Part shown: piece after piece, positions 8,226 through 14,298 of the stretch
Layout: each line of letters starts with the position of its first letter
Position numbering within the stretch: position 1 is the first letter of the stretch
Source: an uncultured virus (IMG/VR IMGVR_UViG_3300020526_000001)
Lineage: Duplodnaviria; Heunggongvirae; Uroviricota; Caudoviricetes
Reading direction: 5' to 3' (one strand)
Virus record (IMG/VR): IMGVR_UViG_3300020526_000001
Length of the DNA stretch: 20,000 bases
Notes under the pieces: generated by a model
Told to the model about the DNA's origin: nothing
Seen by the model: only the letters and a program-made list of their open reading frames with translations
Databases searched by the model: none
Translations under genes and position numbers: made by a program

Positions 8226-8894
8226 ATGCAATCTATCTTTACAGTAGCCTTGCCCCTTCTGGCAACGGTTACAACCAGCACGGCATCACTGCCATTCGTC
8301 AACTACAAGATGCAAGGTCCTCCACCTCCAGTGGAACCAACAACTAAATCATTTTCCGATATTAAAAAATTTGACCTTGTAGATGAAAAGAAGACAGCAA
8401 TCCGAGAGGTTGCTCCCGAAAAGCCAAAAGAGAAAAGACTAATTTGTAAAGGGTGTAATGAACATGAGAATGCTACCCTGGCATTTTTCCAGGAACGTGG
8501 TGTTAAAGACAGAAACGCCCTTGCTACCATCATGGGTAACATTCGTCAGGAATCAACTTTTATTCCTAACATTTGTGAAGGTGGTAGCAGAACCAGTTGG
8601 AGTAACTGCGGACGTGGTTACGGACTGATTCAATGGACATCTGCCGATCGTTATTATGGATTGGGTGATTTTGCTAAGAAGTTTGGTGGTTCTCCATCAA
8701 CACTTCCAACGCAACTTCGTTATCTAACGACTGAGGTTCAATGGAAACGAATTGAAGATAGGATGAAAACTCCTGGTAAGTCTATCAATCGTTACATGGA
8801 CTATGCGTATAGTTGGATTGGTTGGGGGCATCATGGAGCTAGAACTTCATATGCTCATGAATATGCTTCTAAACTGATCACGGTAGAAGTTTGA
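8226..8894 (+). CDS. Phage tail lysozyme-like cell-wall hydrolase with N-terminal signal-like peptide
   Basis: LATIMGNIRQES (catalytic Glu) and GYGLIQWT lysozyme-fold motifs; MQSIFTVALPLLATVTTSTAS signal-like start then a PPPP linker. ATG 8226 preferred over 8163. Confidence 0.8.
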   Translation: MQSIFTVALPLLATVTTSTASLPFVNYKMQGPPPPVEPTTKSFSDIKKFDLVDEKKTAIREVAPEKPKEKRLICKGCNEHENATLAFFQERGVKDRNALATIMGNIRQESTFIPNICEGGSRTSWSNCGRGYGLIQWTSADRYYGLGDFAKKFGGSPSTLPTQLRYLTTEVQWKRIEDRMKTPGKSINRYMDYAYSWIGWGHHGARTSYAHEYASKLITVEV

Positions 8895-8907
8895 CAAACT
8901 GAATAAT

Positions 8908-8933
8908 AGGGGAGAAGCAAAGGTCTCTCCCCT
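8908..8933 (+). terminator. Hairpin after the lysozyme gene (weak U-tract)
   Basis: AGGGGAGA ... TCTCCCCT stem whose 3' end runs into TTGACA. Confidence 0.55.
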
Positions 8934-8962
8934 TGACAGATAATTTTTATATAATATATAAT
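8933..8962 (+). promoter_or_regulatory. Consensus sigma70 promoter driving tRNA-Gly
   Basis: TTGACA (8933) - 18 nt - TATAAT (8957), 9 nt before the tRNA. Confidence 0.8.
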
Positions 8963-8971
8963 ACAAATAGT

Positions 8972-9042
8972 GCGGACATGGTGTAGAGGTAACACGTCAT
9001 CCTTCCAAGTTGAAATCACGAGTTCGATCCTCGTTGTCCGCT
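8972..9042 (+). tRNA. trnG: tRNA-Gly (TCC), CCA not encoded
   Basis: Acceptor GCGGACA/TGTCCGC plus T discriminator; D arm GTGT/ACAC; anticodon loop CTTCCAA; T arm ACGAG-TTCGATC-CTCGT. Confidence 0.95.
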
Positions 9043-9052
9043 TTATGAAAAT

Positions 9053-9060
9053 AATAAATA
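9053..9060 (+). promoter_or_regulatory. Late-promoter-like box
   Basis: AATAAATA about 21 nt upstream of ATG 9082, similar spacing to the 3300 site. Confidence 0.55.
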
Positions 9061-9081
9061 TCTCACAACTGTAGTGAAAAA

Positions 9082-9333
9082 ATGACTAAAATAAGATGCA
9101 AAAATTGTAATGTTGAATTAAATTCACATCCAATAAAAACAAAATGCTGTGGTTGTGATAATTTGACAACCATAACTGGAGAAAAAATTAGTGCGTTAGA
9201 TTTAACTCTGGTTGAATTGATAAATTCTGACTATAAAAAAGATACTAAATCTGTGTTTTCCAGAGAAGATTTGGAGTATCAGGAATCAAGAAGAAACCGT
9301 AAAATTAGAAAATTAGACTTTGAAATTCGTTAA
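9082..9333 (+). CDS. Small Cys-rich, putative Zn-binding hypothetical protein
   Basis: CKNC ... CCGC; C-terminal RKIRKLDFEIR. Confidence 0.75.
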   Translation: MTKIRCKNCNVELNSHPIKTKCCGCDNLTTITGEKISALDLTLVELINSDYKKDTKSVFSREDLEYQESRRNRKIRKLDFEIR

Positions 9334-9434
9334 TAATTTAACAATCTCTTAATGAGTGTGTCGTATTGATAACAATAGGTAGGCGTTTGGATTTATAGAA
9401 TTATAATATATTAGTATACTCTTTTAATACTTAT

Positions 9435-9584
9435 ATGGACCAACATACTTACAATAATTGGGTCCGTATTAAAGAAACTTTCGAAGCTTCTGGAAATACC
9501 GACAATATGTTTTATAAGAGAGCAGTTGAAATTGTAAAAACCAGAAGAGATCCTTTAGCAAAATTTCTTGGAGATGTGAAGTGA
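9435..9584 (+). CDS. Hypothetical microprotein (49 aa)
   Basis: Hand-translated MDQHTYNNWVRIKETFEASGNTDNMFYKRAVEIVKTRRDPLAKFLGDVK; TGATG coupling to the next ORF. Confidence 0.7.
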   Translation: MDQHTYNNWVRIKETFEASGNTDNMFYKRAVEIVKTRRDPLAKFLGDVK

Positions 9585-9787
9585 TGGAACCACATGATGA
9601 ATTTATTACACGAGTTGAAGTTCGGGAGATGATTGACGATGCAATACGAAGACATAATCGTAATGCTACGATTATTTCAATGTGTGTTGGTTGGGTTGTT
9701 CTTGCTCTTTTTGCTGAAGGTCTGCTTCGACTTGTTGGAGTAATTCCGCCAATATTTCCTTGGATAAACATTTCATTAGTTCATTAA
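9584..9787 (+). CDS. Small membrane protein (67 aa)
   Basis: EMIDDAIRRHNRNA followed by a hydrophobic segment; ATG overlaps the previous stop. Confidence 0.75.
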   Translation: MEPHDEFITRVEVREMIDDAIRRHNRNATIISMCVGWVVLALFAEGLLRLVGVIPPIFPWINISLVH

Positions 9788-9791
9788 ATTG

Positions 9792-9905
9792 ATGGAAAAT
9801 ATTACAGAAGAAGATTTGCTAAAACTACAAAAAAGAGTTTTGGAGAAAAAAATGGATGAACTTTTTGAAGAACCATCTACATACGAAGATGATGACAACG
9901 AATGA
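9792..9905 (+). CDS. Acidic microprotein (37 aa)
   Basis: Hand-translated MENITEEDLLKLQKRVLEKKMDELFEEPSTYEDDDNE; fills the gap in the gene run. Confidence 0.6.
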   Translation: MENITEEDLLKLQKRVLEKKMDELFEEPSTYEDDDNE

Positions 9906-10017
9906 TTGGATGATATTCATAGAGTTTTTTTCGCACATGCTTTATATGTTTATTGCATTTATGTGTGGAATAATCATTGGATACATAGTGGGATTTCGTA
10001 ATGGTGGAGGATTGTAA
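9892..10017 (+). CDS. Single-TM microprotein (41 aa)
   Basis: Hand-translated MTTNDWMIFIEFFSHMLYMFIAFMCGIIIGYIVGFRNGGGL; TAATG coupling to the next ORF. Confidence 0.6.
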   Translation: MTTNDWMIFIEFFSHMLYMFIAFMCGIIIGYIVGFRNGGGL

Positions 10018-10118
10018 TGAATAGTCTCATTCTATATACTTTGATTATATTTGGAATCATAGGACTTTTTATTTTTTGGGGTCTTACTCACGCATACACA
10101 TCCTTTGGAGGGATATGA
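10017..10118 (+). CDS. Single-TM microprotein (33 aa)
   Basis: Hand-translated MNSLILYTLIIFGIIGLFIFWGLTHAYTSFGGI; ATGA overlap with the talC start. Confidence 0.6.
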   Translation: MNSLILYTLIIFGIIGLFIFWGLTHAYTSFGGI

Positions 10119-10780
10119 AAATATTTTTAGACACAGCAGATATCGATATGATTAGTTCAGCATATGGGACTGGACTATTGGATGGAGTTACTACGAATCC
10201 CACTTTAATTCTTAAAAGTGGCAGACAACTTCAGGAAGTTATTGAAGAAATATCAAATTCTTTTTCAAAACTAGAAAGTATTTCTGCAGAAGTTGTTGCT
10301 GATACTGCAGAAGAAATGCTTTCACAAGCACAACATTATTATACAATTGCACCAGCAGTTACGATTAAAGTTCCTTGTACTGTAGAGGGACTTAAGGTTT
10401 GTAAGACACTTTCTGATAAAGGAATTAAAGTTAATGTTACATTAGTATTCTCCGTCGCTCAAGCAATACTCGCATCCAAAGCAGGAGCAACATTCATCTC
10501 ACCTTTCATTGGTCGTTGGATGGACAATTCTATAGATGGAATTGAACTTATCAAGAACATTCGTAAGGTATTTGATTACTCAGGAACATCTACACAAATT
10601 CTTGCAGCATCTCTTCGTGATGTAAGACAAGTAGAACAATCTGCCTTATATGGTGCTGATGTAATTACAATTCCCCCAGTAGTATTCTGGGCAATGTATA
10701 AGAACATTATGACTGATAAGGGTCTTGATTTGTTTCAAAATGATTGGGATCAGGTATTAAAACAACAAAAGACGGAGTGA
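10115..10780 (+). CDS. talC: Transaldolase (TalC/FSA family)
   Basis: MKIFLDTAD, GVTTNPTLI, TIKVP (Schiff-base Lys), VNVTLVFS, SPFIGR, LAASLR; GGAGG Shine-Dalgarno before ATG 10115. Confidence 0.96.
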   Translation: MKIFLDTADIDMISSAYGTGLLDGVTTNPTLILKSGRQLQEVIEEISNSFSKLESISAEVVADTAEEMLSQAQHYYTIAPAVTIKVPCTVEGLKVCKTLSDKGIKVNVTLVFSVAQAILASKAGATFISPFIGRWMDNSIDGIELIKNIRKVFDYSGTSTQILAASLRDVRQVEQSALYGADVITIPPVVFWAMYKNIMTDKGLDLFQNDWDQVLKQQKTE

Positions 10781-10784
10781 TTCA

Positions 10785-10946
10785 ATGAAAGAATTTACAT
10801 TTACGGAAGATCAAATGAAACTGTTGGCAGATGCAGTTTGGATGAGGCAAAGATGCTTTATAGCAGGAGATAGAAAATTTAAAGAATACGGGGAAATTCT
10901 CAATGAAATTCTTAATGAAATAGATTATCTTCCTAAAAGGGCATGA
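10785..10946 (+). CDS. Hypothetical microprotein (53 aa)
   Basis: Hand-translated MKEFTFTEDQMKLLADAVWMRQRCFIAGDRKFKEYGEILNEILNEIDYLPKRA; GGAG upstream; ATGA overlap with the next ORF. Confidence 0.7.
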   Translation: MKEFTFTEDQMKLLADAVWMRQRCFIAGDRKFKEYGEILNEILNEIDYLPKRA

Positions 10947-11149
10947 AATCAGAACACCAATGTTGGCATTTTATAATGTCATCTTTTTCTAGAATTTATG
11001 GAGTAAATAAAGTGAAATGTGAAGAAAGATTCCATGCATTTGCTTTACAGTGGTGCGATGATCATAATTATGTTTGTGATATTCATCTTGATGATTTAAA
11101 TAAGGTTGATAGGTATTTTAGACAAGAGTACGAAAATTGGGAGGGATAG
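10943..11149 (+). CDS. Hypothetical protein (68 aa)
   Basis: Coupled to both neighbours; Cys/His/Trp-rich. Confidence 0.7.
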   Translation: MKSEHQCWHFIMSSFSRIYGVNKVKCEERFHAFALQWCDDHNYVCDIHLDDLNKVDRYFRQEYENWEG

Positions 11150-12184
11150 ATGAAAGTAGGATTAATTGGATTGGGGAGGATGGGGGAAGGAATGTCCCGT
11201 CGTATGATGAAGGATGGAATAGAAGTTTGGGGTTATCGGAGAAATTATGAAAAAGCAAACGAAGCATATGAAAAGGGATATGTGGATGGAATTGCAACTA
11301 CTATTGAAAATCTTGTTAAAGTAGTTAAGCAAAATAAACAGGGAAAATATCAACCAGGAATTTTTCAGATGGTTGTTCCCGCAGAAACAGTGGAGGAGAC
11401 AATTAATGAGTTACTACGACATTGTAGTGAAGGAGATATTATTATTGATCATGGCAATAGCAATTTTAAGGACAGTCGGAAAAGGGCAGAACGTTTGGCA
11501 AAGTTGGGTATCCAATATATTGATTGTGGCACTAGCGGTGGTGTTTATGGCTTGGATCGTGGATACTGTCTTATGGTTGGTGGCGGAAATACTGCAGTCT
11601 CCACTTGTGCAAAAATATTTGATGCACTCTCTCCAGGAATCCAGGCTGCCCCGAGGACTAAGTTTGACTCACCTCTGACTTCTGCTGAGTTTGGTTGGTT
11701 GCATTGTGGTGGTCCAGGTGCAGGACACTTTGTAAAGATGGTGCATAATGGTATTGAGTATGGTATTATGCAAGCATATGCAGAAGGATTTAACATTATC
11801 AAGAACGCTAATGCAGGTGCCCAGTATGTCAGAGAAGGAGATGCAGAGGTTGCCCCTATGGCAGACCCAGAATCCTATTGCTATGATATTGATGTTGCTG
11901 AGGTTGCTGAGCTATGGCGTCGTGGTAGTGTTGTTGGGTCTTGGCTTCTTGACCTTACCGCTGATGTTCTGCGGAATGATGGTGAACTTAAACAATTCTC
12001 TGGAGGGGTTTCCGATAGTGGTGAGGGTCGTTGGACTGTTTCTGCCGCTGTGGACCTTGGTGTACCCGCTCCTGTCATTACTACTGCCCTTTTTGAAAGA
12101 TTTAATTCACGCAACTTGGGCACTTTCGCATCCAAGGTTCTGAATGGTATGAGATATATGTTTGGTGGACATCATGTTAGGTAA
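11150..12184 (+). CDS. gnd: 6-phosphogluconate dehydrogenase (short form)
   Basis: GLIGLGRMG Rossmann motif, IIIDHGNS, DCGTSGG, GAGHFVKMVHNGIEYG, DSGEGRWT, MRYMFGGH. Confidence 0.96.
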   Translation: MKVGLIGLGRMGEGMSRRMMKDGIEVWGYRRNYEKANEAYEKGYVDGIATTIENLVKVVKQNKQGKYQPGIFQMVVPAETVEETINELLRHCSEGDIIIDHGNSNFKDSRKRAERLAKLGIQYIDCGTSGGVYGLDRGYCLMVGGGNTAVSTCAKIFDALSPGIQAAPRTKFDSPLTSAEFGWLHCGGPGAGHFVKMVHNGIEYGIMQAYAEGFNIIKNANAGAQYVREGDAEVAPMADPESYCYDIDVAEVAELWRRGSVVGSWLLDLTADVLRNDGELKQFSGGVSDSGEGRWTVSAAVDLGVPAPVITTALFERFNSRNLGTFASKVLNGMRYMFGGHHVR

Positions 12185-12293
12185 GGCACTTTTATTTGTT
12201 TCAATTCCTTTTGTTTTGAGTACACTTTATTTTGGAACAAGGGGTGGTTATTATGATTCCGAAGACTATAAAGGAAATGGAACCGCACACTAA
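12174..12293 (+). CDS. ndhP: NDH-1 complex small subunit NdhP homolog (39 aa)
   Basis: Hand-translated MLGKALLFVSIPFVLSTLYFGTRGGYYDSEDYKGNGTAH: one TM helix plus the FGT(R/K)xG(F/Y)YD(S/T)xxYxGNG(S/T)AH tail characteristic of cyanobacterial NdhP. Confidence 0.88.
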   Translation: MLGKALLFVSIPFVLSTLYFGTRGGYYDSEDYKGNGTAH

Positions 12294-12484
12294 TGAAACA
12301 CGCATTAATTCTAAGTCTATGTTTTCTTCCTCTTGCAGTTATCTACATAGTAATGAAGGTATCATTATGGTTATCTACTAGCGTATCTGAAGTCAATTAT
12401 GTCAGAGAGGATGCAAAACGAGAACACGGACCCTATTTGGAAGACCCATATGGAGACGTTGATGAAAAAGAAGAGGATTATTGA
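12293..12484 (+). CDS. Small membrane protein (63 aa)
   Basis: N-terminal hydrophobic helix and acidic tail; TAATG coupling to ndhP. Confidence 0.7.
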   Translation: MKHALILSLCFLPLAVIYIVMKVSLWLSTSVSEVNYVREDAKREHGPYLEDPYGDVDEKEEDY

Positions 12485-12635
12485 GACTAAAGAGATAATC
12501 GAAAAGGCAATCTTTGATTGGTATTTCGAGCAAGGTAAACCTGTTCCTGATTGGAAGATGAAAAAAGATCCGCAGTGGTGGACTGATTATCTCAGAGAAC
12601 TTTCTGGTGATTACGAAGGCAATGATGACTGGTAA
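12462..12635 (+). CDS. Hypothetical Trp-rich protein (about 57 aa)
   Basis: MKKKRIIETKEIIEKAIFDWYFEQGKPVPDWK...; start uncertain (12450 or 12462; GGAG precedes 12462). Confidence 0.6.
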   Translation: MKKKRIIETKEIIEKAIFDWYFEQGKPVPDWKMKKDPQWWTDYLRELSGDYEGNDDW

Positions 12636-12640
12636 TTAAA

Positions 12641-12775
12641 ATGATATTTCATATAGTAGAAAAACTAGCAGCAAATCCCTTCTTTCTTTTTCTTTGTGGA
12701 TGTGGATTGACAATAGTGCCATTTGCAGGTATTATGTATATACACAAAAATCACATTAGTGATGGTGGAAAATAG
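12641..12775 (+). CDS. Single-TM microprotein (44 aa)
   Basis: Hand-translated MIFHIVEKLAANPFFLFLCGCGLTIVPFAGIMYIHKNHISDGGK. Confidence 0.65.
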   Translation: MIFHIVEKLAANPFFLFLCGCGLTIVPFAGIMYIHKNHISDGGK

Positions 12776-12820
12776 TCACGGATGGACTCTAACAGTACTG
12801 GTCGGAAGCAATCCCCCCTT

Positions 12821-13048
12821 ATGGCAAAATCTGATTTTTTCAGATACATTGGCAATATTCTCCTTTTATCGGGATATTTTTTCCTGCTATGGGGTGATAT
12901 GAAAATTGGTTTATTTGTGAAATGTATTGGCAATATTTTTGTCGTTCCTTTTGCAATTAAATATAAGTTTTGGGATATTTTATTTTTATGTGGATTTTAT
13001 GCTGCAATAGAAATACCTAAACTAATACAACTTTTCCTAGTTAAGTAA
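12821..13048 (+). CDS. Small multi-pass membrane protein (75 aa)
   Basis: MAKSDFFRYIGNILLLSGYFFLLWG...; three hydrophobic segments; stop codon lies within the first pseudoknot of the RNA element. Confidence 0.65.
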   Translation: MAKSDFFRYIGNILLLSGYFFLLWGDMKIGLFVKCIGNIFVVPFAIKYKFWDILFLCGFYAAIEIPKLIQLFLVK

Positions 13049-13163
13049 AACTAGGTGGTGGAGCCGAGAAATCGAACAACTGATTGAGTTTCCAATTTCT
13101 CTAAAGAATTGGTGGTGCGGATGGGATAACTCCCGCCTGGTTATTATTCCAGTTAAAAAATAA
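13030..13163 (+). ncRNA. Tandem-pseudoknot structured RNA, manA/wcaG-motif-like
   Basis: Three H-type pseudoknot-shaped units, two followed by TGGTG, plus a GGGA-TAAC-TCCC hairpin; lies upstream of a WcaG-family epimerase. Family assignment is recalled, not searched. Confidence 0.65.
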
Positions 13164-13173
13164 AATTTATTAT

Positions 13174-13202
13174 AAGGGGGGTTTACAAGACCCCCCTTTT
13201 TT
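13174..13202 (+). terminator. Intrinsic terminator with a -35 box in its loop
   Basis: AAGGGGGGT-TTACAAG-ACCCCCCTT followed by a T run. Confidence 0.9.
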
Positions 13203-13210
13203 AGTATGAT
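13182..13210 (+). promoter_or_regulatory. Sigma70-like promoter for the glycan cluster
   Basis: TTTACA (13182) - 17 nt - TATGAT (13205), 35 nt before ATG 13246. Confidence 0.7.
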
Positions 13211-13245
13211 ATATACTAAAGAATTATTATTTTCTTGATTAAAAA

Positions 13246-14298
13246 ATGAGTCAATATGTTAAAACAGCACTCGTTCTTGGTGCTGGTGGCTTTATTGGAA
13301 GTCATATGGTTCGTAGATTACGTTCTGAGGGATATTGGGTTCGAGGTGTAGATCTTAAGTATCCTGAGTTTTCTCCTACAGAGGCAAATGAATTTGTCCA
13401 AGGAGATTTGCGTGATGTAGATTTTGTTAGTCGTGTCCTTGAATATAAGGGTGATCGTGGTAATTTTTATAATCATGTTCCCTATCGTTATATTCAAGCA
13501 TTTGATGAGGTATATCAATTTGCTGCTGATATGGGTGGAGCAGGATTTGTCTTCACTGGTGAGAATGATGCAGACATTATGCATAATTCAGTGTCAATAA
13601 ACTTGAACGTTCTTGAGGAACAACGTAAATTAAATGAAAGAGTCGGTAAGAATACTACTAAAATTTTCTATTCTGGTTCTGCTTGCATGTATCCTGAGCA
13701 TAACCAACTTGATCCCGATAATCCTGATTGTAGGGAGTCTTCTGCTTATCCTGCCAATCCAGACTCTGAATACGGTTGGGAAAAACTTTTTAGTGAGCGT
13801 CTATATTTTGCTTACAATAGGAATTACGGCATTCCTGTACGTGTTGCTAGATATCATAACATCTTTGGACCAGAGGGGACCTGGGAAGGTGGACGAGAAA
13901 AGGCTCCTGCTGCGATTTGTAGAAAAGTGGCATATCTTCCGACTGAAGGGGGCACTATTGAAGTATGGGGAGACGGTAAGCAAACAAGATCTTTCCTCTA
14001 TATTGACGAGTGTATTGAAGCAACAAGGAGAATGATGGACTCTGAATTTATGGGACCAGTAAATATTGGTTCTGAGGAAATGGTGACCATTAATCAACTC
14101 GTAGAAACTGCAGAAAAAATTTCTGGAAAGTCTGTAAATAAGAACCATATTCCTGGCCCTCTTGGAGTTCGTGGTCGTAATTCTAATAATGATTTGATTC
14201 GTGAGAAACTCGGTTGGGATTATTCTCAAACATTGGAAGAAGGTATTCTCAAAACATACGAATGGATTAGTGAGCAAATTGCAAAGAAACAGTCATGA
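13246..14298 (+). CDS. GDP-mannose 3,5-epimerase-like NAD-dependent epimerase (extended SDR, WcaG superfamily)
   Basis: GAGGFIGSH, AADMGG, SGSACMYP (Cys), YGWEK (YxxxK), HNIFGPEGTWEGGREKAPAAICRK, GVRGRNS are GME signature blocks. Confidence 0.9.
   Translation: MSQYVKTALVLGAGGFIGSHMVRRLRSEGYWVRGVDLKYPEFSPTEANEFVQGDLRDVDFVSRVLEYKGDRGNFYNHVPYRYIQAFDEVYQFAADMGGAGFVFTGENDADIMHNSVSINLNVLEEQRKLNERVGKNTTKIFYSGSACMYPEHNQLDPDNPDCRESSAYPANPDSEYGWEKLFSERLYFAYNRNYGIPVRVARYHNIFGPEGTWEGGREKAPAAICRKVAYLPTEGGTIEVWGDGKQTRSFLYIDECIEATRRMMDSEFMGPVNIGSEEMVTINQLVETAEKISGKSVNKNHIPGPLGVRGRNSNNDLIREKLGWDYSQTLEEGILKTYEWISEQIAKKQS

Noticed and set aside
9469..9771. 100-aa minus-strand ORF
   Set aside because: Overlaps two coupled plus-strand ORFs in an otherwise single-strand gene run.
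10076..10114. N-terminal extension of talC
   Set aside because: The family starts at MKIFLDTA; ATG 10115 has GGAGG and overlaps the previous stop.
9435..13048. hli, psbA, petE, petF or cp12 among the small ORFs
   Set aside because: No ExxNGRxAM, plastocyanin, ferredoxin or CP12 motifs in the translated peptides.
12776..13170. Second tRNA or tRNA remnant
   Set aside because: No T-arm TTCGA consensus or cloverleaf; the pairings fit pseudoknots and short hairpins instead.
13634..14277. 133-aa plus-strand and 158-aa minus-strand ORFs inside the epimerase
   Set aside because: Nested in a strongly conserved gene with no recognisable features.
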